Source: Acaryochloris marina S15 (GTDB lineage Bacteria > Cyanobacteriota > Cyanobacteriia > Thermosynechococcales > Thermosynechococcaceae). From it: DNA of 32,000 bases. The notes beneath the pieces were generated by a model, which saw only the letters and a program-made list of their open reading frames with translations, was not told where the DNA came from and searched no databases. Below, piece by piece: positions 17,243-26,715 of the stretch; position 1 is the first letter of the stretch, and each line of letters starts with the position of its first letter. Location: the NCBI RefSeq assembly GCF_018336915.1, contig NZ_CP064923.1:2190001-2222000 (forward strand), given 5' to 3'. The position numbers and the translations under genes are program-made.

Positions 17243-17604
17243 AGTAGCAGTAGGTAGCTTGTCGCCCTGATTCGAGTGATCCATTCCAATATATAGATGA
17301 CTCTGTACTAAATCTAATAAAAATGTGGTCAGAGAAATAGCCAAAGTCATTTAATTTTTTAGCGATCGAGATTTATTTCCTAAAGTAGGCAACCTATTTC
17401 TACAGCTAAGTTGAGAACATCGGCTTGTCTCTTCCCTGCTCAAAAAAATGCAATAGTTTGAATGAAGTTAGGATGATTTCCTGAATAAAACCTATTGTTT
17501 TGGACCCAATTTTTAGTTCTTGATTATATTAGAGGGAATAGTTGTAGGCAAATCTCTTCTATAAGATTAATTTGCTGAAAAATAAATGAGTGGGGGGATG
17601 CTGT

Positions 17605-18153
17605 ATGTATGGCTTAGTGAATAAGGCCATTCAGGAAATGGTTTGTGACCATTTTGGTGAGGAGGCTTGGGAAGCGATAAGAGAGCTTTCAGAAACTAAA
17701 TCTGAGAATTTTATTAGCTTAGAGAGTTATCCTGACGATTTGACCCATCGTTTGGTCAAGTCTGCCAGTCAAGTACTGGGAATATCTGCAGCTGAGATCA
17801 TGGAAGACTTTGGGAAATATTGGGTTAAGTTTACAGGGCAAGAAGGTTATGGCGAAATGATGAACCTGGCGGGTGATGATTTGCCAGAGTTTTTGGGTAA
17901 TCTTGATGACTTGCATAGTCGGCTTGGGGTAATTTTCCCCAAAATGCAACCGCCTTCCTTTCAATGTAGTGATCAGGAGAAGCAGACCTTAAACTTGCAT
18001 TACTATTCCCATCGCAAGGGAATGGCTCCAATGGTATCAGGATTGGTGGAAGGACTAGGGGAACGATTTGATACAGAAGTAGAAGTAACCCAAGTCCAAG
18101 ATCGAGAGCAGGGAGCTGATCACGATGTGTTCTCAGTCACCTACCAGCCATAG
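17605..18153 (+). CDS. hnoX: H-NOX (heme nitric oxide/oxygen-binding) sensor protein
   Basis: [13 protein letters not shown]...GEEAWEAI N-terminus. The proximal-His context is [10 protein letters not shown]. The Y-x-S-x-R heme-propionate motif is present (YYSHR). It ends in a DHDVFSVTY tail. It is highly similar to Nostoc-type, sGC-like H-NOX proteins. The ATG at 17605 is preceded by GGGGGGA. Confidence 0.9.
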   Translation: MYGLVNKAIQEMVCDHFGEEAWEAIRELSETKSENFISLESYPDDLTHRLVKSASQVLGISAAEIMEDFGKYWVKFTGQEGYGEMMNLAGDDLPEFLGNLDDLHSRLGVIFPKMQPPSFQCSDQEKQTLNLHYYSHRKGMAPMVSGLVEGLGERFDTEVEVTQVQDREQGADHDVFSVTYQP

Positions 18154-20086
18154 TCATCAGACAATTTCCCTGAGCCATAGCTTACCGCCAGAGCAATTTG
18201 CCACCGCCTTTCCATTCCATTTCGTTCTAAATTCTGATTTAGAGATTATTCAAGCTGGAGACTCTCTTCAGCATTTACTCCCTAAAATTTGTGGGAGTCA
18301 GTTTGGACAGCAATTTGCTATTCAAAGACCCCCTTTGTCACCTGACTTTGCAAGTCTCAGCGAACCTTGCCGTTCATTGCTGATTTTGGATTGCCTTGCC
18401 ATCAACATGCAGTTGCAAGGGCAAATGATGTATGTTTCTGAGACTAATTTAATTTTCTTCCTGGGGTCTCTCTGGGTAACAGAAATCCATGAACTCAAAC
18501 CTCTTGGATTACGGTTAAATCATTTTGCTGTTCATGATCGGGTCTCAGATTTTCTATTTCTTCTACAGGCAAAAAATACAGCTTTAAATGAAGCTCATAA
18601 GTTAGCAGATGAACGGGCTCAAAAGTTGGTGGCGGCTAAGGAGATGGCTGAAACTGCTAACTTAGCTAAAAGCACCTTTCTTGCCAATATGAGCCATGAA
18701 TTGAGAACTCCTCTGAATGCAATTTTGGGGTTTTCGCAATTATTGAGTCGGGATTCAACCTTGACTGCTGCTCATCTTCATAAACTAAGTATTATCAATA
18801 ATAGTGGTGAACATCTTCTAGCTCTGCTTAACGATATTTTAGAAATGTCGAAAATTGAGGCTGGACAGATCACCCTAGATCCAACTAATTTTAACCTTCA
18901 TCACTTCTTGGAAGGGCTATATAATTTATTTCAACAGAAGGTCTCCTCTAAAAAGATCACCTTAAAGTTTCAGTTTTCTAAAACTGTTCCTCAATATATT
19001 CAGGCTGACATCAAAAAGCTTCGGCAGGTGCTGATTAATTTACTGGGGAATGCCATTAAATTTACGAATGAAGGTCAGGTTGATCTAAAAGTATCAAGTC
19101 GCATTTATATTAATGATTCTTACTCTGTAAATGTTCAGGAGCCTACCTGTTTATTAACCTTCTCAGTAGAGGATACAGGGCCTGGTGTATCAGAAGAGGA
19201 TCAAGAGAAAATTTTTCATCCTTTTTACCAAACTGAGTATGGGAAACAGTCCCATCAAGGTGTACATGGAACAGGCTTAGGATTGTCAATTAGCCGTCAA
19301 TTTGTCAATTTAATGGGGGGGGAATTATCCGTATCAAGTCAGCTTCATGAGGGAGCAACCTTTTCTTTTTCTATTCCCGTCAAGGTGAGTACTGCCAGTG
19401 CATTGGTACCTACCCTTGAACAGCGCGTTCTCCAGGTTCACCCTCATCAACCGATATTTCGTATCTTGGTGGTGGAAGATCATGCGGATAATCGATGCTT
19501 GTTAGTCACATTGCTAGCAACCATTGGTTTTTTGGTGAAATCTGCACAAAATGGCCAAGAGGCGTTGGAAGTCTGCCAAGAGTGGCGCCCGCATTTGGTT
19601 TGGATGGATATTAAGATGCCTTTGATGGATGGTCTTGAGGCAACTCAAAGGATTAGGGCAATGCCTCAAATCCCACAGCCAGTGATTATTGCTTTGACGG
19701 CCAATGCCTTTGATGAGGATAAAGAACGAGCGCTGACTTGTGGATGTGATGATTTTCTCCATAAACCCTGTAATGAGACGATTATTTTAGAGAAAATGAC
19801 ACAGCATTTGGGGGTGAAGTATTTGTATGAAGAATTGACTCCTCCGTTAACCCATTGTGACTCTCTGTCCCTGCCTAAACGGAACGATCTGAAGGCGCAG
19901 TTACTTGAAGTGATGTCTCAGTCATGGCTGACTCAACTGCAGAGCAGAGCCATTAGTTTAGATACGGATGGAATTTTTGACTTGCTAGAAGATATTTCAC
20001 CTGAATATGAACATCTAAAAAATCTGTTGGCCTCTCTGGCCAATAATTATCGATGTGATGTAATCCTCGAGTTGACCCAGCAATAA
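18125..20086 (+). CDS. hybrid sensor histidine kinase/response regulator with N-terminal HNOBA-like domain
   Basis: The N-terminus [24 protein letters not shown]...FAIQRP resembles the sGC H-NOX-associated (PAS-like) domain. A coiled coil follows, then the H-box [15 protein letters not shown] (His191). N/G1/F/G2 boxes are [23 protein letters not shown] and GTGLGLSIS. The REC domain reads [10 protein letters not shown]...[11 protein letters not shown]...HKP. It ends in a helical tail of about 80 aa. Its start overlaps the H-NOX stop by 29 nt. Confidence 0.9.
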   Translation: MCSQSPTSHSHQTISLSHSLPPEQFATAFPFHFVLNSDLEIIQAGDSLQHLLPKICGSQFGQQFAIQRPPLSPDFASLSEPCRSLLILDCLAINMQLQGQMMYVSETNLIFFLGSLWVTEIHELKPLGLRLNHFAVHDRVSDFLFLLQAKNTALNEAHKLADERAQKLVAAKEMAETANLAKSTFLANMSHELRTPLNAILGFSQLLSRDSTLTAAHLHKLSIINNSGEHLLALLNDILEMSKIEAGQITLDPTNFNLHHFLEGLYNLFQQKVSSKKITLKFQFSKTVPQYIQADIKKLRQVLINLLGNAIKFTNEGQVDLKVSSRIYINDSYSVNVQEPTCLLTFSVEDTGPGVSEEDQEKIFHPFYQTEYGKQSHQGVHGTGLGLSISRQFVNLMGGELSVSSQLHEGATFSFSIPVKVSTASALVPTLEQRVLQVHPHQPIFRILVVEDHADNRCLLVTLLATIGFLVKSAQNGQEALEVCQEWRPHLVWMDIKMPLMDGLEATQRIRAMPQIPQPVIIALTANAFDEDKERALTCGCDDFLHKPCNETIILEKMTQHLGVKYLYEELTPPLTHCDSLSLPKRNDLKAQLLEVMSQSWLTQLQSRAISLDTDGIFDLLEDISPEYEHLKNLLASLANNYRCDVILELTQQ

Positions 20087-20159
20087 GCGAGATAGGTCAT
20101 TTGAGTTTGTGTTGAGCAGCAGGCAGCAAAGAGCCATCCATGGAGAGGGAAGGCTGTAC

Positions 20160-20561
20160 CTAAGGAATAACCATGACAGGGCAAGGGGCTAAATTGATGA
20201 CTCGATTACTGACGCTTTCTGATGCTCCTTCTTCAGTAAGGCCAACGCCTCGGCAGCCCATAACTATTAAATCTGCATTGATCTCATCGGCATAATCACA
20301 AATGCAGAAGGCAGGTCTTCCTGCCTGTTTTATGATTTCGGCGGCAATACCCCAGTCTGAAAAAGCGATTTTTGCATTTTGGAGAAGTTGGTCAATCGCT
20401 TGGTTGGCAGGGGTATCGTTTTCGGGAGCGTTCTCGGCATCTGGTTGCACTGACAGGATGACGAGTTTGCTATTGCAGAATTTAACGATTTCGGCCACCT
20501 TCTCAGCAGCATCCTGAGAAGCTCGACTTTGATCAATTGGAAACAAAATCGTCTTAAACAT
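20160..20561 (-). CDS. universal stress protein (UspA family)
   Basis: MFKTILFPIDQS...KLVILSV...ADLIVMGCRG...GSVSNRVINLAPCPVMVI matches the Usp ATP-binding-type pattern G-2x-G-9x-GS. Confidence 0.8.
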   Translation of the reverse strand: MFKTILFPIDQSRASQDAAEKVAEIVKFCNSKLVILSVQPDAENAPENDTPANQAIDQLLQNAKIAFSDWGIAAEIIKQAGRPAFCICDYADEINADLIVMGCRGVGLTEEGASESVSNRVINLAPCPVMVIP

Positions 20562-20746
20562 GAAGCTCTACTCCAGGGTACGGACTCCGGTAAAATATGG
20601 ACGGCACGGAATCAGTTCACATTAACAACCAACCCGACCGACGAGTTTGGGTATAGATTTATCCCAACCATCATCATGCCAATACCCCATGCGCTCTGCT
20701 ATGGGGGGTAATAAAACGCAATAGACGCTTTTAGGAGATTTTTACT

Positions 20747-21952
20747 GTGTCCAAGAAAACAATAGCCAATTTAACATCGGCAGATTTATCTGGTAAACGA
20801 GTTTTGGTGCGTGCCGATTTCAATGTGCCCTTGGATGGCGAGGGCAAAATTACAGACGATACCCGCATTCGAGCTGCTCTTCCTACGATTCAAGACCTAA
20901 CGTCTAAAGGCGCTAAGGTGATTCTTGCTAGCCACTTTGGGCGTCCTAAGGGACAAGTCAATGAGTCCATGCGCCTGACACCTGTTGCGGCTCGTTTGTC
21001 TGAATTGCTAGGTCAATCGGTCACTAAATGTGATGACTGCATTGGAGATGAGGTAGCAGCAAAAATAGGTGCATTACAGAATGGACAAGTAGCCCTGCTG
21101 GAAAATGTCCGTTTTCATGCGGGTGAAGAAGCCAATGATCCTGAGTTTGCTCGCCAGCTCGCTGCTGTGGCTGATCTGTACGTCAATGATGCGTTTGGTA
21201 CTGCACACCGAGCTCATGCCTCTACGGAAGGGGTCACTCATCACCTGAGCCCTTCTGTGGCTGGCTACTTGATTGAGAAAGAACTGAAATACCTACAGGC
21301 TGCAATTGAGAGCCCTCAGCGTCCTTTGGCGGCCATTGTGGGTGGCTCAAAAGTCTCCAGCAAAATTGGTGTGATTGAAACCTTATTAGACAAGGTAGAC
21401 AAACTACTGATTGGCGGCGGTATGATTTTCACGTTTTATAAGGCTCGTGGTTTAGCTGTTGGTAAGTCTTTGGTTGAAGAAGACAAGCTGGAGTTAGCTC
21501 GTACTTTAGAGATTAAGGCTAAAGAGAAGGGAGTCGCACTATTGCTGCCCACCGATGTTGTGGTTGCAGATAACTTTGCGGCTGATGCCAATGCTCAGAC
21601 TGTGAGTATTAGTGATATCCCTGATGGCTGGATGGGCTTAGATATTGGTCCCAATTCTGTGAAGGAGTTTCAGGCGGCACTTTCTGACTGCAAAACTGTG
21701 ATTTGGAATGGACCGATGGGTGTGTTTGAATTCGATAAATTTGCAGCAGGAACCGATGCTGTTGCCCATAGTTTGGCTGCGATCACCGAGACGGGTGCTG
21801 ACACCATTATTGGTGGGGGTGACTCGGTTGCGGCAGTTGAAAAAGTAGGTGTGGCTGAAAAAATGAGCCATATCTCTACGGGTGGTGGTGCAAGCCTAGA
21901 GCTTTTAGAAGGTAAAGTTTTACCTGGAATTGCTGCACTTGATGAGGCTTAA
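20747..21952 (+). CDS. pgk: phosphoglycerate kinase
   Basis: [63 protein letters not shown]. The GTG start has TAGGAG 10 nt upstream. Confidence 0.95.
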   Translation: MSKKTIANLTSADLSGKRVLVRADFNVPLDGEGKITDDTRIRAALPTIQDLTSKGAKVILASHFGRPKGQVNESMRLTPVAARLSELLGQSVTKCDDCIGDEVAAKIGALQNGQVALLENVRFHAGEEANDPEFARQLAAVADLYVNDAFGTAHRAHASTEGVTHHLSPSVAGYLIEKELKYLQAAIESPQRPLAAIVGGSKVSSKIGVIETLLDKVDKLLIGGGMIFTFYKARGLAVGKSLVEEDKLELARTLEIKAKEKGVALLLPTDVVVADNFAADANAQTVSISDIPDGWMGLDIGPNSVKEFQAALSDCKTVIWNGPMGVFEFDKFAAGTDAVAHSLAAITETGADTIIGGGDSVAAVEKVGVAEKMSHISTGGGASLELLEGKVLPGIAALDEA

Positions 21953-21980
21953 GACATTCGTCTAAAGCTATAAAATTCAA

Positions 21981-22016
21981 CGAGAAAGGGGTACTCAGAT
22001 GAGCACCCCTTTCTCG
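21981..22016. terminator. strong hairpin between convergent pgk and the 73-aa ORF
   Basis: A perfect 12-bp stem, cgagaaaggggt (21981-21992) with acccctttctcg (22005-22016), and a 12-nt loop. A T-rich tract follows only on the minus strand (ttgaatttta). Confidence 0.6.
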
Positions 22017-22034
22017 TGCCGGGTCGATGAATTT

Positions 22035-22256
22035 TTATTGAGGAGTGAGGGTGTTTTTAGTGGCTGCAGGCTCTATTTGAGAAGATTGTGATTTAGGCAT
22101 CCAAGGCAAGCCTGCTAAGGTCGATTCGTTTGATAAAACCGACAATAAGGCTCCCCCTAATAGGAGGATTGGAAAGGGCAAAGCCAGGTGTTGGAGCCAC
22201 TCAAACCCTCTAGCTAAAGCCAAGAGTGTTAGAAAGCTAATGAGCCAAATACGCAT
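22035..22256 (-). CDS. small (73-aa) two-TM membrane protein, hypothetical
   Basis: Hydrophobic helices IWLISFLTLLALA and LALPFPILLLGGALLSVL. It starts 21 nt after the upstream ORF's stop. Confidence 0.5.
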   Translation of the reverse strand: MRIWLISFLTLLALARGFEWLQHLALPFPILLLGGALLSVLSNESTLAGLPWMPKSQSSQIEPAATKNTLTPQ

Positions 22257-22277
22257 ATTCAGTCCTTATTGAGGTCT

Positions 22278-23315
22278 TTAGGATGCCCCTTTTGAGGCAA
22301 TTGGGACCAAGGCTTTACTTCCAGATTGTGTTTCTTTTTTCGGTATGACGGAAGTACTGTTGCCGGAATTTACAGTATTTTGCGTGGATAATTGATTCAA
22401 TGTTTCTAAGAATCGCTCCTGTAACTCAAGAGAATCAAAGTCCACATCAATTGCTTTACCGTAGGTATCGATCTTGCTCCAGTGAAGGCGGCCTAAAGCA
22501 ACTGATAGTTCTGAATAAGAGAGATCTTTCCACTGATTAAGGTGAGGAAATACGGGGAGTTGGGGGAGTGGAATGTTGTCAGATTCTGGTGTGAAGAGTT
22601 CAGGAGGGAGAATGAATCCTGGTGAAATCTGGAGACGAATGGGTGTAACATCCTTGGGAATCTTAGGGAGTTGCGGGACCGTGGATTCTTGCGGGTTGTT
22701 TGGGGTTGGATGTGACTGCACATTTAAGTTGTGATCAGCCATGGCTGGCTCGAAGATATCGAGAAGATCGGGGGATACAAACTCTAATTCTCTTTCAGGA
22801 ATAGAAAAGCTTTCTTCGGACGGGGCGATGTTATTCCAGGCTGTTTCAGACTTGATATTTGCGGCCTGCAAGGGTGCCAGTAGATCCGCTTGCTGCACAT
22901 AAGGTTCTTGACAGGCCACAGACTGGCTTAGGAATTCCCAGTCTTGGTCAAGATCAGTTTCTTGTTCTAGGACTTGGAGTTGCACACAGTGACGATCTAT
23001 CTCTGCGTTGCCTCTTTGCTCGTCTTCGTTGGCTGCGCAACTGATGATCCAACGACCATGTTGGAGGAAGGTTGGCGGTAAGACTTCGATGCGCCCTTGA
23101 GAATCTGTGCGTAGGAGTTGATGGTGGACCACTTCTTGCCACAAACCATCTTCAACATACTGATGATGGATATGTACCTGGATGGGGCAGTCTGCTTCAC
23201 TAGTTTGGGCGATGAGTTGATATCTGCCGACTAATATTTCAACACTTAGGGATTCCAGTGGAAGCCACGCAAAATCACCTTCTTTCTGAATCAGAAATTC
23301 TATGTCCACTGTCAT
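22278..23315 (-). CDS. hypothetical protein (345 aa; N-terminal beta-rich domain, acidic/Pro-rich middle)
   Basis: A long ORF with no competing frame. The N-terminal ~115 aa look like a beta-sandwich (GRYQLIAQ...DSQGRIEVLPPTFLQHGRWIISC). The middle is low-complexity D/E/P/Q. No family recognised. Confidence 0.65.
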   Translation of the reverse strand: MTVDIEFLIQKEGDFAWLPLESLSVEILVGRYQLIAQTSEADCPIQVHIHHQYVEDGLWQEVVHHQLLRTDSQGRIEVLPPTFLQHGRWIISCAANEDEQRGNAEIDRHCVQLQVLEQETDLDQDWEFLSQSVACQEPYVQQADLLAPLQAANIKSETAWNNIAPSEESFSIPERELEFVSPDLLDIFEPAMADHNLNVQSHPTPNNPQESTVPQLPKIPKDVTPIRLQISPGFILPPELFTPESDNIPLPQLPVFPHLNQWKDLSYSELSVALGRLHWSKIDTYGKAIDVDFDSLELQERFLETLNQLSTQNTVNSGNSTSVIPKKETQSGSKALVPIASKGAS

Positions 23316-23431
23316 CTTTGTTTACGTCCTACTCCACACAGCCACAGTTCAGAGATCCATATTTTCTAGGTATTGTCAAGGGACTCCAACATGGAGCACA
23401 GTGTAACTGATCTTGTTGGGAAATGGGAGTT

Positions 23432-24724
23432 TTAGGTGGAGGAATTCGCTTTGGCTGCGTTCAATTTATTTTGGAGTTGGGACGTTAGATCGCTGAGATT
23501 AGCCTGAGCTATGGATTCTTGTTCTCCAGAGGCTAGCCACTTGAGTTGCACGGTGCGATCGCAAGCTTCCGTATCGCCTAAAATTAAGCAGGCTATGGCA
23601 CCACTCCGATTAGCCCGTTTGAGTTGTTTGCCAAAGGCACTGCCACTTAGATCCATCTCTACGGAAAAGCCGTTTTTTCTCAAATTCTGGCAAATTAGTA
23701 AGGCTTGTGCTTCTGCTTCTGGTCCCCGGGCCACGCAGTAAAAGTCTAAAGATTGATTTAATGCAATCTCAGCGTTTTGTAGGAGCATAATGAGCCGTTC
23801 CATTCCGATCGCCCACCCCACTGCAGGGGTTTCGGGTCCTCCTAATTCAGAAACAAGGCGATCATAGCGGCCACCGCCACAAACGGTGGCTTGATTTCCT
23901 AACCCCTCCAACTCAAACTCGAAGGCGGTGTGGGTGTAGTAATCTAGTCCTCTAACCAGGCAAGGATTAAGTTTATAGGTAATATCTAAATCGGTTAGAA
24001 GTTGTTGAACCCGGTCAAAATGCTGTTTGGAGTCAGTGCCCAAGTAATCCAAGATGTTGGGGGCAGACTGGGCTATCTCTTTTGTTTTAGGATCCTTGCT
24101 ATCTAAAATGCGCAGAGGATTTCGTTGGAGGCGATCCTGGGAATCAGGATCTAGGTCGTCTTTGTACTGATTGAGGTAGTCGACTAAAGCCTCACGGTAT
24201 TGTTGTCGATCTTCAGCAGTGCCGAGAGAGTTGAGGGTTAAGGTCCATTCTGGGACACCTAAAGATTTGAGGAGTTGGGAGGCGATAGCAATCACTTCAG
24301 CATCAGCGCGAGGATCTTGGCTACCCAGCGCTTCTACGCCTATTTGGTGAAACTGACGTTGCCGTCCTGCTCCTGGCCGTTCGTAGCGAAACATGGGGCC
24401 GATATACCAAAGACGCTGAACGCCTCCTTGGGCATGAAGTTTGTTCTCGATAAACGACCGTACGGCTCCAGCAGTCCCTTCAGGGCGCAACGTTATTGAA
24501 CGATCGCCTCGATCTTTGAAGGTGTACATTTCCTTGCCCACCACGTCTGTGGCTTCGCCAATGCCGCGTTCAAATAGATTAGTCTGCTCAAAGATAGGGG
24601 TACGCAGCTCTCGATAAGCCGCCTGATGCAGGAGCTGACGGGCTGTAGCTTCGACATGCTGCCAATAGATCACCTCGTCCGGCAGAATGTCCCGTGTCCC
24701 TCGTGAAACTTGAATGAATCCCAT
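23432..24724 (-). CDS. hisS: histidine--tRNA ligase
   Basis: Class II aaRS motifs: RGTRDILPDE, MFRYERPGAGRQRQFHQIGVE (motif 2), GGGRYDRL (motif 3). A C-terminal anticodon-binding domain is present. Confidence 0.95.
   Translation of the reverse strand: MGFIQVSRGTRDILPDEVIYWQHVEATARQLLHQAAYRELRTPIFEQTNLFERGIGEATDVVGKEMYTFKDRGDRSITLRPEGTAGAVRSFIENKLHAQGGVQRLWYIGPMFRYERPGAGRQRQFHQIGVEALGSQDPRADAEVIAIASQLLKSLGVPEWTLTLNSLGTAEDRQQYREALVDYLNQYKDDLDPDSQDRLQRNPLRILDSKDPKTKEIAQSAPNILDYLGTDSKQHFDRVQQLLTDLDITYKLNPCLVRGLDYYTHTAFEFELEGLGNQATVCGGGRYDRLVSELGGPETPAVGWAIGMERLIMLLQNAEIALNQSLDFYCVARGPEAEAQALLICQNLRKNGFSVEMDLSGSAFGKQLKRANRSGAIACLILGDTEACDRTVQLKWLASGEQESIAQANLSDLTSQLQNKLNAAKANSST
23555..23562. repeat. 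HIP1 octamer GCGATCGC
   Basis: Exact match, within hisS. Confidence 0.95.
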
Positions 24725-24934
24725 GAAAAAATATCCTTATGGCCTTGACCCCGGTGCCTATTATCTCCGATTGCCTCAGTTCTGCCTCAGATTTATTGGA
24801 GGTTGAAAAGGAATAAGGATTGTACCTAAGATTTAATAGGTGCAAGATAAGATGAACTTGACCCAGGTAATGGCTTGAAAGACTTACTCCAAGCTATTTG
24901 TTATTACACCTATTTATTGTGACAAATAAATCCT

Positions 24935-25219
24935 ATGGCTGATACCTTTACCCCCGAAATTAGCGATCGCATCTGCAAGCACATGAACGAAGACCATGCC
25001 GATGCCGTTTTACTTTATGCCAAAGTCTATGGAAAGGTAACCGAGGCGGAAGCTGCTCAGATTCTGAAAGTAGATTCAGAAGGGATGGACTTATCCGTAA
25101 ATGCGGGGGCCCAAGACTCTACCATCCGTATTGCCTTTGATCATGTGCTACAAGATTCCGAAGATGCTCATCAGACGATGATTACTATGGTGAAAACAGC
25201 CCGTACCCAAATGACCTAA
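24935..25219 (+). CDS. DUF2470-like small protein
   Basis: 94 aa. The pattern HMNEDHADAVLLYAK..G......A.....D..GMDL.V......IRIAF is typical of DUF2470 (heme-utilisation/GluTR-binding-protein C-terminal-like) domains. Confidence 0.6.
   Translation: MADTFTPEISDRICKHMNEDHADAVLLYAKVYGKVTEAEAAQILKVDSEGMDLSVNAGAQDSTIRIAFDHVLQDSEDAHQTMITMVKTARTQMT
24963..24970. repeat. HIP1 octamer GCGATCGC
   Basis: Exact match, within the DUF2470-like gene. Confidence 0.95.
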
Positions 25220-25245
25220 AGCGAGGGGCTATGTGTTGAGGAACA

Positions 25246-26604
25246 TTAGGTAGCGATTTTCTTGCTGCCTGCCCGTCGTGGACGTTTCATGTTGATTTTC
25301 TGGACTGCTAAACCGGATAGTCCACCTGCTGCTAATGCAAACACAGGATTGATCATGGCATTCACAAGACAATCTAGCCCATACATAATCAGGGCGACTG
25401 ACAAGGCTGCGACCGGGGCAGCTGCAGGGTGAGTCCAGTTGGAGACAGGAATTCGTCTGGCTAACGTGAGGACGGGCAAAATTAAGGCGGTCATTAAACT
25501 CACTAATCCTACTAAGCCATGATTGCCAAAGGCGATGATCCATAGGCTATCGGTCACGGATACATCTTGGCCCTGATCATTATAAATTCGGGCTCTGCCC
25601 CAACCTCCCCAGCCAAAAATGGGTCTAATCCGAGCTTTGGCAGAAAGAGTTTGCTCGTTCTCAAGGCGAAAGCTAAGGGAAGCCGCTCTGTCGGGTCCGG
25701 TGATTTGACTTGTCGTAGCAACGAGTTGGCGAGTATAGGTTGGTGTTAACAAACCCGTTGAACTGATGGCTAAATATCCCGCCATCAGTAGAGCTAGCAG
25801 CCAAATGGCAATGCTAGAGCGAGACCAGGTAACGGTAAACAGGATAACGAGGCTGATCAGTAACAGAGCATAGGCCCCGGTGGACCGCAGCAGAACAAAC
25901 GTTACTCCAAGGGCCAACACGCACCAAATTATGGGAATATCCCCCAGACGAGTCAGGGTCCCCGCTCGCCATAGCCAAATGGCCATTAAGGTGGCGCTCA
26001 TCATCCAAACCCCCAGCATTAGCCCATGCTCCATAAATACCGTGGGCCTAAAACCTCCTAGACGAAAAGTCTGCTCGAAAGAATGGGCATGGTAGCCGTA
26101 AATCCAGCGGTGCAGTTGGGGACTAAGCCGAATCTCCAGTAAGCAAAGGGGAACGTACAGGATGCCACCGACAATAATGCCAGTAGCCAACTGTTTGAGT
26201 CCGCTTAAATTCCCTAGGTACAATCGCCCCAAAAAATAGGGAAACCCCCAAGTCACCGTTTGGCCTAGGGCTTGGGCAAGGCCATCGTATAGCCCTAAAT
26301 CATTGGTTAAAGACGAGGCGATGGGACAGAGACACCAGATCGCCATGGGGATATCTATCCAGCTGAATTTGAAGAGCTGGAACCGCTTGGCATCGAAGAT
26401 AATGGTTGCGAGTAGAATGCCATAGCAAGTTGCCGACATCTTAGTGAGATCGGGCAAACCCACCAAGGGAAAACTGGCTTGGGGGAGAAATAGCCAAGCC
26501 CCAATAAAGCTGATCACTAAAGCCCGCTGCACCGGAAGCTGGCTGAATAAATAAAGGACCAACGGAATCCAACCAAACATCACGAGAAAAACAAGGAAGT
26601 TCAT
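25246..26604 (-). CDS. O-antigen ligase / Wzy-like polymerase family membrane protein
   Basis: About 10-12 hydrophobic helices. It has a Wzy_C-like loop and motifs: ARIRPIFGWGGWGRA, then SLWIIAFGNHGLVGL (HN..L....G..G-type). Confidence 0.65.
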   Translation of the reverse strand: MNFLVFLVMFGWIPLVLYLFSQLPVQRALVISFIGAWLFLPQASFPLVGLPDLTKMSATCYGILLATIIFDAKRFQLFKFSWIDIPMAIWCLCPIASSLTNDLGLYDGLAQALGQTVTWGFPYFLGRLYLGNLSGLKQLATGIIVGGILYVPLCLLEIRLSPQLHRWIYGYHAHSFEQTFRLGGFRPTVFMEHGLMLGVWMMSATLMAIWLWRAGTLTRLGDIPIIWCVLALGVTFVLLRSTGAYALLLISLVILFTVTWSRSSIAIWLLALLMAGYLAISSTGLLTPTYTRQLVATTSQITGPDRAASLSFRLENEQTLSAKARIRPIFGWGGWGRARIYNDQGQDVSVTDSLWIIAFGNHGLVGLVSLMTALILPVLTLARRIPVSNWTHPAAAPVAALSVALIMYGLDCLVNAMINPVFALAAGGLSGLAVQKINMKRPRRAGSKKIAT

Positions 26605-26715
26605 AAGCTGGGCCAGGGTGAGATCGCTAAGCTAGAAGATGGAATTAACAGCAGGATAATGGATTAGATATTTCCAGTCCAACGGAGTATTGATGTCAAT
26701 GGAGTGAGATGAACC

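Noticed and set aside
456-17604. Extended N-termini proposed by the ORF track (456 CyanoP, 2516 mtnP, 7953 GH13, 11063 pgeF, 16429 LysR, 16463 pirin, 17590 H-NOX)
   Set aside because: Six of the seven use TTG or GTG codons; the CyanoP extension from ATG 456 adds 17 residues ahead of the signal peptide. All of these starts add residues not present at family N-termini. Internal ATGs reproduce the canonical N-terminal sequences, such as [25 protein letters not shown] and [11 protein letters not shown].
20012-20014. HPt-like H-x-x-K motif (EHLKN) in the kinase tail, which would make the kinase self-sufficient for phosphorelay
   Set aside because: The segment is too short for a four-helix HPt bundle. 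The rest of the HPt consensus (H-x-x-K-G-x-x-x-x-x-G) is absent. In the recurring tail pattern this position does not appear to be a conserved His.
25229-26095. Several 60-104-aa ORFs (25229-25543 minus, 25567-25749 plus, 25814-26008 minus, 25880-26095 plus)
   Set aside because: All lie inside the 452-aa Wzy-like membrane protein gene in other frames or on the other strand. Their compositions are typical of shadow ORFs.
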